A stretch of DNA of 64,000 nucleotides from an uncultured Ruminococcus sp. (GTDB taxonomy: Bacteria > Bacillota > Clostridia > Oscillospirales > Acutalibacteraceae): the NCBI GenBank assembly GCA_902778175.1, contig CACYWT010000005.1, positions 5,926 through 69,925 on the forward strand. The letters are read 5' to 3'. Below, piece by piece: positions 34,126 to 49,500 of the stretch. The notes beneath the pieces were generated by a model. It was not told where the DNA came from. It was given only the letters and a program-made list of their open reading frames with translations, and did not search any database. Each line of letters starts with the position of its first letter. The first letter of the stretch is position 1. Made by a program: the position numbers and the translations under genes.

Positions 34126-34445
34126 CTCCCACCGTCATATGCGCTGCCGTCCCCTTCGGAGAGGGGGATATCTTTTTCTGTACAAAAAAATAACTACGGC
34201 AAATATAAGCCCTCAATATGAATTATTATATTGTATGTAAAGAAAAAAACTTTATATTAATTCCAGTGTCATAAAGTAATACACTTTACAAAATTACTCT
34301 TTGACCTTTCTGTATTTTCGATAATTCTATCTCATTTCAAGTGATAATAACCTTATAAAATCTTATACGATATGACAAAAAAACATATTTTTATTTGTCA
34401 TAATTAATAAAATATTTTTTTGGCTATAATAATACCTCATTAAAG

Positions 34446-34475
34446 TTGACAATCAGCATCATTTTATACTATAAT
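34446..34475 (+). promoter_or_regulatory. candidate promoter of the giant adhesin gene
   Basis: TTGACA-18 nt-TATAAT in a ~430-bp AT-rich spacer. Confidence 0.45.
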
Positions 34476-34556
34476 TAATATATATATATCTAATACAAAT
34501 ATAATCCCGTTTTATGTCATTAAGACAGTATAGATTACACAAAAAAATGTGGGGTA

Positions 34557-37500
34557 ATGATTATGAAAAACATATTTACTAAATGGAGGAAAGCTACAGC
34601 GTCACTGCTTGCAGTGATCATGATTTTTGCGTCTATTCCGCTGAATCTTATAGTCGACGCAGGCGACCAAACTCCTTCTGATAACGGTATCGGCGTTATT
34701 AATAATGCATATGCGGAAAATACCGATCACAACTGCTATAAAGTCGAGTTTTTCAAGGCAGACAGCAACACTGCAGTTTCTCATTCCGAGTTTTCTTTCG
34801 GTACTGGGGCAAATGCTGTCTATATCGGCGCTAACGGTATGTTTGACGTTAATAAAGGCGCCTATGTTGATCTTCTTCAATGCGATGATATCAAAGAATT
34901 TATTGATAGTCAAAACATTACCAAGGTCAAGATCTCGTTTATTGCCTCCGGTATTTCTTCTAATCCGAAGGATTATCAGCTTTATTCCGTGACATCGTCT
35001 GCACCTTCTTCTGTTATAGAAAATAATGTTGCGGTATATAATATCACCAAGAAAAAACAGGCTACCGACAGCTCCGGCAATCCGATCTTTGAAAATATTG
35101 TAGACCAGAACACAGGAGAAATAACCGGAACCAGACCTGTACTTGTCGATGTAAATGTCGATTCATCTGATTACAAGCTTTTTACCTTTACATCAACCGA
35201 GATCATAGATCATGAAGTTGTTGTCAACTGGCGTGATACCGATCCTTTGGTTCGTCCCGATCTGTCTTTCGACATTACACGGTCATATTCTTCGGTTACT
35301 TCCGAGGCTGTTACAGTTTCTTCCCCGACAATTGTTTCGGATAGCAGCAATAAATCTGTTTATAATTATTCTGTTCCTAAATACAATGAAAACAATGTAG
35401 AATATAATTATACCTCTGCTGTTTCATCTTCTGTCAATCTGTCTCAAAAGGGAAAAGAATACAGATATGAAGCTACGAAAGATGAACATAATAATACAAT
35501 TGAAAATAGTTTTACATTTTACGGTAAGAAGAGTTTCGACTGCAGCATAAAATGGCTTCAGGGTAAAAACAATAAATCTGTCCCGACCGTAGAAGAAATA
35601 AGGAATTATATTAATATATATTTTGATCTATATAATGAAACTGTTCTTGACAATCAGGGAAATCCTACGACCGTGACGATTTCGCCTGATAAAATAACCA
35701 TAACGAGAGATGAAACGACAGGCACAGCTCATGTCAGCATTTCCGGTCTTGATGAAATAACGAGTGATGGCAAGGCGCAGGTTTATTATTTAAAAAGAAA
35801 AGATAATACAGACATACCTCTTGGTGATAGCAGCGGAGATGTATGGAAGGTCACAGCTGAAAACCTCGGTGTCAATTCCTCTGATGTAGAAAAAGTATAT
35901 CAGGGTGCTACTATCAATAATTTAAAAAGCAATACAGTAAGCTTTACTGCAAATATAAACTGGACTGATGAATCTAATCAGACTCAAAGACAAGGTCTGC
36001 AAGACGCCGAAAAACCCGTTCTTGATCTCTGGCGTTATGCCGCTACGGGGGATAGCAATGAAAAAGATCGCTCTGCGCCCGTTATGACCGGTAAAGTACC
36101 CGTAACAGGTACTAATGACTTCGTTAGATTTAATAATCTCCCTAAATATGACAGAAACGGCGACCCGTATGTTTATTATGCGAAAGAAAAATTTACATCT
36201 GCTCTTTCATCTTACGAAGCCGTTTATGATCCTGTTTCTCCAAGTGGTAATATCCCATCCGGATCGGTCGACAGCGGCGGTACGATCACAAATAAATTAT
36301 CAGGCACAAGGGTATTTACTGTAGAAGCAGAATGGAAAGCCGCAGCCCGTCAAGGCGGCGACGCGACCGTCACATATCAGGTTCTGTATAAGAACAGCAA
36401 TAATGAATGGGTTCATGTTGAGCTGGATGATGTTGACGACAACGGTAATCATCTTGACGCAAACGGTAATGTTACTACAAATACTGCTCAATACAGCAAA
36501 ACAGGCAAGCTTACGATCAAGAATTTCAAAGCGGAAACAATGTCCAAAACCGCTCAGTTTGCTGCACTTCCGCAATATGACGCTAACGGTAAAGCAATAG
36601 AGTACCGTGTTGTACAGACGAGCGTATCAAGAACTGATAATAGTATTACTTCAACTCCGATCACAAATGAAATTGCTTCGGGTACCACGACGGTTACCAT
36701 GAACGGTGATGAATATGACATTATTGTTTCAAATAGCGGGGATAAATATCATTTCACATATCAGCTGACCGGCACGATGCCGCTGAAAATAGTTAAAGTA
36801 TGGAATGATGATCCATATGCCGCAAAACATCCCGGTGAACAAATTCCCGATCATCATAGTGACACCGTACAGGCACTTGTTAAGCAATTTGATTTTGATA
36901 CAAATGCTTATGTTGACTATTCTTCACAGGATTCCCATTATAATGAAGATGGTACTTTCCATATAACAAATACTGATAATCCGAATATTTCTGGTAACAC
37001 ACAAACGTGGTGGATCAATCTTGATGTTCCGATCTATGACGAAAATGGTCACCAGTATCAATATACTGTTACCGAAAAAAATACATTCCCGCATTATGAT
37101 ATGACTGTCGGGTATCAAAGAGTACCTAATTCAGAAACTAATAAAAATGAAGAAGTATATACAATTACCAACAAGTACTCTCCCGATGAAGGAGCTAATA
37201 TCGTCCTGAAAAAAGAATGGCAGGACGATGGCGACCTTCTGCACAGAAAGGATATGACTATCCATTATAATGAGCATTTAAACGGTACGGCAGGCAGTTC
37301 GACATTAACCGAAGAAAATGTCTGGGAAACCCATCCCGGCAGATATAAGTATTATACCTATGATTCTGATCATTTTACTGAGCGCAACACAGGAGGAACA
37401 TACACATCTGTCGCTCATATACATTATGATTATTCAATTACAGCTACATTCACGGATCTTGAAGCCGGCACATATAAACTGCTGCAGAAGCAAGAAGACG

Positions 37501-40500
37501 GAACATGGACAGAACTTCAGAATAAAACTATTACCTCAGCGACTGACAGTTTTTCTCAAATTCTGAATAATTCCAAACAGCCGTTAAAGCTGCAAAAACA
37601 GGTTCCTGACAGTAACGATCCTCCTGCTACAACATGGCAGAATATTACCGCACTAACCGATAGCAATATTACATTCAATGAAACAGCAACCTTTAATGTT
37701 GACACAAGCGGAGATACAGCAGGCGAAATAAATATTAATTATTCCGGCAAAAAGAACAGTAATGTTAACCCAAAAGGCTGGATGATTGATGCTATTCTTT
37801 CGCACTATCCTTCTTCTTCTACAGATCAAGATCTGAAAACGAGTAATTTCATAGGATTTGATGATCTGGTAGGTGTATATAAGGACGATGATCACTATTA
37901 TGCTGTTGAACAAAAATTCGACGGCGGCAATACCGTTACCTTTACCAACACCCGAATCGGTGTTGTCAGCTACAAGGTCGAGCTTGAATGGCTTCTCGGA
38001 GATTGGATCACAAATAATCCCAATAAAAATGTAAGAGTAAAACTGATCCCAAAGGTAAACGGTGTCCCCCTGAAAAACGACAATGATCAGGACATTTCTA
38101 TAGAAAAGGATATACCGATATCATCTGCTGTCAGTGAATATTACCTGACCAATCTTCCGAAATACAATGACAAGGGTGTAATAATAGATTGGGTATTGGA
38201 AGAAATATCTGTGGCCGATCAACCTGTTTCTTCGGGACATTGTACACTTAACGGTCATAACTGTGACGTAACAGTTTCTCATCCTGCTTATTCTTACGGA
38301 ACTGATTCTCATTCAGATGACCTCATAACCGTAAAGCTTACCAATAAGTTTTCTGAACCAACAACGGCAACGATAAATAAGGTATGGTTTGATGACTCCG
38401 ACATTCTCAATTTGCGAAGCGATACCTATATCAAGTTATATCGCAGACACAAAGGCACTTCGGATGATTTTATCCCACACGACAATGTTGAATATGCCTG
38501 GTCGGGTCAAGGAGATAATTGGACCTATACCTTCACCGGACTTCCGAAATATGATGATGCTGGTTATGAATACGAGTATGCTATTTTAGAGCTTCCGATT
38601 CAGGACTATTCTACAACAAGATATTCTCATTATAACGAACAAGGTAATAATGACGAATTATCTTCTCTTGGACAGAATCTTGTTCCCTCGGGCGGATGTT
38701 TTGTTGATACTCTTTTTGGCAAGGTAGTTATCAAAGGTGAAAAGCTCTGGAATAATATTCTTGATGATTTCTCTCATTCGCATTATCCTATTGCAAAGAT
38801 CAAACTTTTCAAACGTGATAAATACCAAAAAGACGCCAACGGTGCATATATTTTAGACAACAATAGTAATAAACAGCTTACAACGGATTCTGATAATACA
38901 GAAATAGGTCATACAACGATCTATAAGGGCGACAATAAATATGTTTTCAAGCCCAATGAGATCGATTCCCCCTATTATCTTCTTTCTGGAACCACTCCGT
39001 TAACTGAAAGTGTTACATTTGGTTCTGATACTATTTCTTCTTTGGTGCTTCCTAAGTTTGACGAATACGGTTCTCTTATTTACTATAGTCTTGACGAGGA
39101 GAGTATAAACGGTTATACCTTCAAGATCAGCAATGATGAGATCGTCAATGAATTTAACGGCGGTCGTCCCGTTGAGATAACAGTAACCAAGAAGTGGGAG
39201 AATATGAACTCTGATTCGATCTATCCCACAATAAAGCTGGTTCTTCATCAGATATTGTTTGCTAAGGTTACGAATGACAATGGCGAAATACTCCAGAATG
39301 ATGGCACTTATGTTTCTGAACCTCAATCTACCGCCCCTAAGCTTACCCCCGTTGAATATGCAACCTACGAGAAGATCCTTACAAAGGATATTATGGCAGG
39401 TGCATCATCGGATCAGACTTTATCTGTTGAGTCCAACGGAGATTGGGTCTATACCTTCGGTAAGATCAGCTCGATCGGAGCCGACGGAAAAGTATACAGG
39501 TACAATTCCAAGGAGAATCTCAGGGAGATCGCTCCTGACGGTTCATATTTTCAGTATTATATCACAGAGGAGCTTTCAACTTATGAGGGCGGTCAGCCTG
39601 TAGAGCTTAATGCTCTGGACAATGGTGATAATACCAAAACATTCCTTGGTAATTTTTACGCAAGAAATGACATACAAACTACCATAATACAAACTAATGA
39701 TACAAATAATTGCAGTAATCTTGATGATAAATACGGAACCGGTTTTACTATAAGATCTGAAATTGACGGTTTCAAAGTCAAGGAATTTACACAGCCGGCC
39801 CAAATCAATGGCAGCGAAGCATCAGGAGTTGATATAATCCAGAGAAATGCTTCTATCAAGAACAGCTACGAGCCGGAGGTAATGTCATATCAGGGAACTA
39901 TCGATGTCAGCAAAAGCTGGGTGAACTATACCGGAAATGATGAAAACCCTCTTAACGTAGAGTTTACGGATGTAAAAGACTATGCGGTAATTATAAGCCG
40001 AAAGACTGCCAAAATCGGCGAAGAAAAACTTTTCAAGGTCAATACCAAAAATTCAAGTACTGGTAAACCTGCTGTAAGCATTGAAATACCCTCTGAACAT
40101 CAAAGCGAATTTAATATTACCGAAGGTGAAATGACGGCTTATAAATCAAATGGTTCAATTGCCTCTTCCGGCGACACAATAGCTTATTATGAGGAAACTA
40201 TCCATTTCAAAAAGACGGTATATACCGGTTTTAATGATACTATTCCTGTAAAATTCAGAATTTACAAAAGGGAAAAAACGGACGACGATTATCAGACAAT
40301 GCATAATAAGATCGAAATACACGGTCTTGCGATTTATGCACAGGACGCAACGAAGTATACATATGTAATTACAGAATATACTCCGGAGGCAAATACAACC
40401 GATCCGATGAATTCCTATATTCCGAAATATCAGACTGCTTCCGATACATGGAGTAAAAATCCAGTAGGCAAGAAGATGGATGACTACAATCAAGCCGATT

Positions 40501-43500
40501 TCAGTTTAAGAAATGAGCTGAAAGTATTCACTCTTAATCTTTATAAGGTTTTCGGTAAGAAGTATGAGGAAAACAATACTACTCAACGAGCAATTCTTGA
40601 TCCCGCGGACTATTCTCAGTATTTCAATGATGAATTTGTAGATCAGCTGCGTTTTGAGATCTACCGTAAAAAGGGAACTGACGGAGAATTTGAAAAGTAT
40701 TATTATGCAGATGGCAAAGACGCCAATGATCAGTATTCCGTAAAAAAAAGTGGTGAAAAATACATCAAGCAATTCAAAGATCTTCCTGCATACAGCCCCG
40801 AAGGAATACTTTATTATTACCAGATCCGTGAAGTAGGTCGTCCTGAAAATGCTCAATACACAATTAAATATACAAATAATAATAATTCATTTGGTACTGA
40901 TCCATACACATATGTATACTGTAGCGATAACAGTTCTTCCAAGAATACCTATGTCCGCAACGTATTTAATGCAAAACAGATCAAAGTAAACAAGTATTGG
41001 CAGGATAACAATAATTCAGACGGTATGCGTCCGTCAAATGTTCTTGTTACGATAAAAGAAAAAGTTCCTGCGGACAATGATCATAGTTTTAATGGCACAA
41101 ATGTTGATATCTATAAAGTTCTGAAAAACGATACCTCTCCCAAGTGGCAGCAGACAGTTGAATTGCCGAATTATTATTATAACGGAGCAGATCCGGTATT
41201 TGGTCTTGAGTACGGTATTGAAGAAACAAGGAATCTTACCAGCAGTCAGCACGGTGCTTATATTTATAATCTGACTGAAAAAGGTTATAAGACTCCTGTT
41301 TGCAAATACAAACTATCTGATAATACAGAGTCGGAGTTTGACGATACTACAACAAGAATTGCAGTATCAGGGGGGACACATGATCTTAAAGAACTGAATG
41401 TCTATAACTCCAAAGACCCGGTAAACTGCAAACTGAACTTTGACAAGGTATGGGACGACATCAGTAATCAATGGGATCTCCGTCCCGATACGATCTATGT
41501 CAAGCTCCTGAGAAACTCTAAGGAAGTTTTTACTGTCAGCTCAACGAATAATATAATGATCCCGGGAAGTAAAGCCACAGGCGGAATTCTTACTGCCGAG
41601 ATCAGGAATCTTGATAATGATGCTGAATATCAGGTTGTCCGCAGTGTAGTAGACAGCAATGATCCTACCAAAATAAACTGGGATGTTGTCAATTCACAGA
41701 AAAGCGAAGATGATTACACTGAATTCAGTTCAAGTGCTGATACAGGAACAGTAACAAAAATCGCCAAGGTAACATTTACCCTCTCTGACGTGAACAGCAC
41801 AGTTACCGAGATCGTTAAGCTGCAAAAGAAAAATGGGGAAGATTGGGTCGATGTTTCTTTAGACAGAGATTCTCAGAAACTCAGGGCTATAATATCAGGA
41901 ACTGCTTATACTGATGAAGTTGTCACAAGAAACAATTCAGGTCAGACCCTCGGCATAAAGTCAAACGATACTTTCACTGTTGACGGTTCCGGTAATATAA
42001 TACTGCCGAAAACACAAGCTGTAGACGGGAAGATCAGCGTTCTTATGACCGGACTTCACAAGACCGACGGCAATTCGGCATATACTTATAAGGTATATAA
42101 CGGCAGCGCCGTGGTCACATCCGAAACACGCAGTACGGGGGATAATACGGTTGATGTTCTTGCAACTGTGGATGTCGGTGAAAATGATATCACTCTGGTA
42201 TTGAAACGATCTACTGACAATAGTACTTGGACAAATGTACCGAGTATCACAGCAAAAAGATTCTTTGCCGCAGATTCTGTAACAGGCGTTGTTGCGATCC
42301 CGGTAAATTCAAGCGGAGATACAAATAATCCGCAAGTTGTTTTCGAGGATCTCTCCTATGGTAAAAATGTCGACGGCAGCGAACAGAATAACGGCACATG
42401 GTATCCGTATTATTACACCACAGTTGAGTGTGATAAATTCGGCAATGATTATAATGCCAATTGGACATATAAGACCAAAGATGATGCTGGTACTGAGAAT
42501 GTTTCCAGTAAAGTTGCTTTCTCGATTGATCTTAACGGATTCAACGAGAAAAAGACTTACCTTAATCTCCGTGTTGTAAAAAATGGCGTTACTACCAATA
42601 ATGATGATGATCTTATAAAAAAAGATCTCACAGGATCTCCTATTAAAGTAACTCATCTGAAAATTAATGACGTGGAATTGACAGGTGATGAATATTATGC
42701 AAGCGAAAACTACCAAATAGGAGATATTACATCAGAGAGTATTCTCCGTGAAGGTGTTATTGTAATTCCTATACCCGAAACAATACCCAGAGATGAGAAT
42801 AATGCAATAATTGGTCCTGCGGTTATTAATGGAACTATTGATAATCTTCCTTATTTATCGAGCGGAGTATATACTGTCCAGAGAAGTAAGGCAGGTGGTG
42901 CTTATCATTCGAACCGAGTTACGATAACTAATAATACAACACCAAATACTGATTATTCCACAACAACTTTCGAAGTCAAAAAGAGATGGAGTAATGATCC
43001 ATCATCATTAAAGCTTCGTCCGGCACAAATCTATTATAAGATCTTCCGCATAACTGATGCTGATGCTGTTCCGGAATGTGTAACAACATTAGGAGTAAGC
43101 GGACTGATTACCGCAAATGTAACAGGTAATGAGTATAGTGCAAGCTATCCAAATCTGCAGTATGGTAAGTTTGTAACTGTCAATGGTTCAGATAAAGTCT
43201 GGAAGAAGTATCATTACTTTGTTCAGGAATGTGACAGCAGCGGAAATGTGATTCAGTCTGTTACTAATTACACCAACGAACAGACAAAGGGAACAGATAA
43301 GTCATTTGTTTTGTCATCTGATAATAAAAATGCGGCAATTTCTGAGGGGATCAAGAATACAATTGAAACCAGAGATTTCTCCTTTGACAAAACATGGGAT
43401 GACGAAAACAATGAATACAAAAGCCGTGATATTCTGGAACTGAAATTACAGTATAAGTCTTTGAACTCAAATACATGGGATGATGTTCCTACAAATTATA

Positions 43501-46500
43501 TGAGCACTCTGACCTGTAAAAAAAGCTTTGCAGAAGGTATAGACGGAACTTTTGGTACAGAATCTGAAATATCTATTACCTCGAATCCTTTCCAGGTTGA
43601 TTCCACAAATGCTTCCGGTCTGTTCAATACAGGTGCTGTTTCTCCTGAGTACGACAGAATAAATATAGACTTTTCCGGTCTTCCTAAGATTGACAAGGAC
43701 GGTGTTGAATACGAATACCGCGTTGTTGAAACAAAAATCGGAACACAGACTATCGAAAATAACAAAAAATACTTATTTACTATCCCTAAACCGGATGATC
43801 CTGAAGACACTCCGGAAGGCCAAAAGTGGGAAACCTCATATGCTACAAGAGTACATGATGGTGTATATAATTACTATGTTGATCATACTGATACCGCAGC
43901 AAAAACAAGCATCAAAAATAAAAATGTAACCAATGCTGTATCATATGTTCATGTAAAGGCACAGAAGATCTGGGACGATGAATTCAATATTTACGGAAAA
44001 CGTCCGGAAAAGATAAAATTCAAGCTTACCAGACAATACCGTACAGTTACTGTTACTCAAAATTCGTCAACCCAAAAAGATGAAATAAGTTACTCTCCAT
44101 GGACCGATGATAGTAGTTTCGGTTCTGAGAAAACTGTCGGTGAGGCAGAAAGATGGACTGTATTGTGGTCACATTGTGCAGCGTATGAGAGTACCGGTAA
44201 AGAATACCAATATATAGTTAACGAGTTGACTGATAATCTTACCGGGTATAATTCTGCCGCCGATTATCCTCAAAAAGCTGAAAGTATGTACATGGAACAA
44301 AACAGCGATATAACAAAGCTTGTTGTGTTTACCAATAAGTATGAGCCGGAGAAAAAATCGCTTACACTTTCAAAAATATGGGACGATATGGATGATAATT
44401 ATAAGCTTCGTCCGGACAGTGTCAAGTTTGAGCTGAGATGCAGATATGATACATATTCATATTCAAGTAATGGAAAAACTGACCTGACTCCCACAAAGGT
44501 AACAACATACGACGGTCTGTTCTATAATTCCGAGGCATACAACACACTTACTGCTGCTCAGAAAACTGGCTTTGAAGAACTTGATAAAATGAATGATGGC
44601 GATACAGCTGATGGCAGATTCCTGCTCAACATAAGCAAAAATGACAGTAGTTATACTGATCCACAGAAGGATAAGTGGAAGGTTACACTGAATAATCTTC
44701 CTGCTTATATCAATGTTGCAGCAAGCAGTGATAATGCCAAGTATGATGGTAATTCCATCAAAAACGGAATATCCGTTCCTGTAACTTATTATGTCAGAGA
44801 GTATCTGCCTTCTGTAAATAGCGGTACAGGCTATAACTACAATGATTATGTAGAGTATAAAGATCTGACAAAATATCCGTATGTTGCTTCCGCTGACACA
44901 AATACAGACAAAACGACTGCCCATGTGATTCCTGTATGTATCGGTAATCTTCCGAGGAAAACCGGCACAGATAGCAATGCAAAGGAATATGATTATAAGC
45001 TTTATACCTGCGATTCTGATGGCAATAATGAAACGGAAGTAAATGAAAAGGATATTCAGATCTCCGGTACTGTTGTCACGATATTTGCCAATATTACAAC
45101 AACAGCGGGTACAGATAATACCTTTATCAAGGTCAAAAGAAAGATTCCTGCCGATGCTGATTATACACTTGTTACTTCTGATAAGGATAATCATTCGATA
45201 AAAGCCATGACCTATGAGATAATGCCTGCTAAAAAAAGCGATTCTAATTACAGTAAAAGAGAATATACCGCATCAGAAGGCATTATCAGCATACCGAATA
45301 CCGACCCTGTTGAAAAGTCACCTACATCAAGAGGAGTTTTTCTGCTCAATAATTCAACCGCTGCAGTACCCGAGCTTGCAATAGGCAATAAGCTCGACAC
45401 CCGTAATATCACCGTAGCCCTCGACTGGAATGATAACGGCTATATGGCTATCCCTGAAAATATTACGGATAGTAATTATACAGCAGATAAGAACAACAAG
45501 CTTCATTACAATACGGAAATAAAACTCAGCTGTAATTCACTTCCTGTTAAAGATAATACAGATCCGAATAAAAAATACAGCGAAACAAAGAGTATTTCCG
45601 TAAAGAATAAAGAAGGATCGCATACCGACTATGTTACGAAGTATGGTGTTGTATTCACTAATCTGCCGAAATATAATTCAGACGGAACTGTTTTTGAATA
45701 TTCGATAGAGCAGAAGATCAAATCCGGAGATCTGACAAATTATGATTACAATGAACAGGTAGTCAATGCTTACGATGATATTGTAACCAGATCGACCGGC
45801 GCAAATGCTGATTCTAAGGTTCTGTCCGATAATTCCAGACATCTCGGAACTGATATAGACGAAAGCGAAACAGGAACTCTTCTTACTGTCGCTGACGGCA
45901 ACGGAACCGAGGGCAGAAAGTATAATTATGCATCTTCCTATACATCTTACACAGATAATATTGACGGTGCTGATTATGTAACGCAGTACAATATCAAGAA
46001 TACTTTGCCGCTTACTGCGGTCGAAGTAGTAAAAGAATGGGAAGATCAGAGCAATGCTTTCAAGCTCAGACCTTCTGCTCCGACAGGCAGTCAGCCTGAT
46101 CCTCTTGCACTGGTGCTTGAAACAAAGGATGTTGCCGAAACTAATCTGACCAATACTACTTATACAGGTGTTGATTCCGGCAGTTGGGCTGTACCGTATT
46201 ATTCCATTAAGTCACAGCCTGATACAAGCACTGATGATCAGTGGAAATATACTTACACCAAACTGCTTAAATATGCCGAAGACAACGATCCGTATGTTTT
46301 CAAAATATCAGAAACAATATCTGAGAATAAAACTCACCTTAACGGATATAAAGATCCGACTTATGTTCGTAATGAGGAAAATAATACCGTAGGTCAGATA
46401 GTTGATGATGTATTGAATGATTCTCACCTTACATCGGGTGAGAAATGGGACGGTACACACGCACTTACCGAAAAAATCTATATTCAGAATGAGCTTGATA

Positions 46501-49500
46501 CCATAGACGTTTATGTTGCAAAGAAGTGGAATGATAACGATTATGGCAGTACTCTGACCACAGAGCAGCAAACTGCAATTTTCAATAATCTGCATTATAA
46601 TGTTGAGGTCACGCTGACGAGTAGCCAGTTCCCGGGTAATACCACACGCAAGTTACCAAGCGGCACTTACAGCAGTTATAAATACGGCGAAAAACATATT
46701 ATCCCGAAAGGAAATACCCATGCTGTTAAGTTTGCTGATCTGCCAAAATATGACGCAAATGGGGTAGAGGTAATCTATAAGGTCTGGGAAACTAACACAG
46801 ATTCAACAGAAGCTCAATCGGCTATAGACGATAGTATATCCTATTCCAACAGCGGAACAGATGTAACCAATGTAAGTCAGTCTGACAGTACCAAAAAGTA
46901 CTTTGAGGTGGTAGGGAAGAAGTACGGTTATACAGGAAGCTGCAAGTTTCTGACCCATACAGCTTCCGGTACGGGTACGGATTTAAAGAATTATTTACAG
47001 TATAATATTCTCAACACCCTGCCGCTTACTGCATTGAAGGTCAATAAGCACTGGGACGATCAAAACAATATATTTGGTTTAAGACCGTCATATGTCAAAG
47101 ATCTAAACAAGGGTGCTGCTGCGACCGATGCCATAGATCTGACTCTTTCAAGGAAGATCGCTTCAGCAAGTGATTATACCGATCTTGTCAGTGCCGACAG
47201 TACCATCACAACTAACTTTAAAGATTGGTATACCACTACTGCGCTTAACAAATCTGGGAATGAGTGGACATTTGAGTATCGAAAGCTCTTGAAATATAAC
47301 GAGAATAATAAAGCGTATCATTTCAAGATAACAGAAACTCAGGATAGTAACGATCATGTAAATGCTTATAAGCCTCCGCGTTATTGTGCTGTAAGCGCTT
47401 ATGATACTACATCGGATAAGGCAGGCACAAAGCAGACGATCACTACTCCGGATGTCAACAATTCCGGTGCAGCTCAATATGATTGGGACGGCACACATCC
47501 GCTTGTTGATGAATTTGAGATCACCAACAAGCTCGACACCCGTGATATTGTAGTTGCTAAGAAATGGGACGACAACGAGTACACAGGGTCAACCCCGTCG
47601 ACATCTGATTTGCATTATAATATCGATGTAACTCTTTACTGCAAAGATCTCTATTGTACTGTGTCAGAAAGAAACTACAACGGAAAATATCAGGAGATCA
47701 GAATGATCCCCAAGCAGACAAATAGCGTTGAAAACGGCGTAGTATTCCGTGATCTTCCGAGATTTGATAAAAACGGTACCGAGTATGTCTATAGTGTCAG
47801 GGAAGCTGTTGCGAATAATAATACCAATAGCGTTTCTGACGATACTGTTACAGCTAATTTCGGTAATTACAGTTCTGTTTCTGTCACTTATCCTACCACA
47901 CCCGCAACTACTACCGTAAATACTGATATTTTGGAAAAGACAAAACCCGTAGAATTTACCTTCACGGTAGACAGCAGGAAATATGGTTATAACGGGTCAT
48001 GCAAGCTATATAAAGCTTCTTCGGAAAACACGATGGATTTCTGCGAGATCACTAACGAGCTTCCGGTAGTTGACATTACAGCGGAATCTCTGTGGAATGA
48101 TGACGGCAACAGAGACGGCATCCGTCCGGAAGTTGTTCGGCTCTCACTATACTGTGATGATGCTCTTGTTACATCCTCGCAAAAGGATACTGTCAGACCT
48201 GATGAAAGCAAACAGGGTACTGATGGTTGGCAAAAAGAGTATGACGATAGTTGGAAAGCTGATTTTGGTCGTTATCCGAAATATAAGGAAAATAACGATC
48301 CGCATACATATAGGGTTGAAAATTCAGCTTACAAAATGGATTATTCCGCTGCTGATTATGTCAAAAATAATCAGAATGAGTACGTTAAAACAATTAACAA
48401 CTATACTTCCATTCCCTCAAACGCAGTGACTATGCTTGCAATCGAAGCGGCTGGAGTTGACGGAAAAAAATATCCGGATTCCAAATCAGCAGGAGATAAA
48501 AAGTTCACTGTTGGAGAAGATGATCTGTTCTGGTCTACGCTGACTGATCCGAATAATGCAGGAACACCTGCACAGCTTAATTTTACAGTGCTGAATGAGC
48601 ATACACCGGCAAAAGGAAATCTCGATTATCAGAAGAAATGGGTAGATTCTGCTAACGGTATAGACTACAGAAACTTATATCGTGGTAGCCTTACCAGTGT
48701 TAATTTTGGTGAAATAGGTGTAACTGGTGATTCTACAAAAACCACTTGGACGCGCAATGGTGCCCGAACTGATCTTTATACAAACGAGAATCTAACTGGT
48801 GATCGTAAGAAAAACGGACAGAAGTCTATTATTACATATTCTGTATCAGAAAGCTCTGTTCCTGCCGGTTATTCTTCATCCGGAACAGCGTCGGGAAAAA
48901 CCGGAGATACTTTGACTATTACTAATACTGTTCAGACAGCTGATCTTATAGTTTATAAAAAATGGGAGGATCATGATTATCCGGATAATCTGCATTATAA
49001 TATTTCGTTTACCTTGACATCAGATTGTACCGAATTATATTCAATATCAGGAACACCGTTGAAAAAGTATAATATTAATACAGATACTGCCGTTGAGCAT
49101 ACTGTTGGTGAGGGAGCGCAGGCTGTAAAATATAAGGCTTATAAAATTGAGGGTCTTCCTATTTATAAACCGGACGGTACGACAAGGATAACTTATACAG
49201 TCACGGAGAATACAATAGGTAATGCAGCAGATGAAAAGCCGCAGTATAACTATACTCCGTCAACACCCACTAATGTAAAGCTGAACGCAAACGGACAAGA
49301 ATCTGTCGTTGAGATCGGCAATGAACTTACGCTGACGAATTATACTGTGACAAAGATCTGGGCTGATACAAACGATTATTATAATCTCAGACCTGATTCT
49401 ATCACTGTTACGCTGTACAGAACAACAAATGTTACTCACAGCGCTGATCTTCCGAAAGATGTAAAAGACGCTGCAATTACTGGTGATGAATCCACGGGCT

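Noticed and set aside
44463-45194. 243-aa minus-strand ORF, plus many shorter antisense ORFs, within the adhesin gene
   Set aside because: Their translations are Ile/Cys-rich and implausible. They lie antisense to a continuous 20.5-kb frame with recognisable repeat domains.
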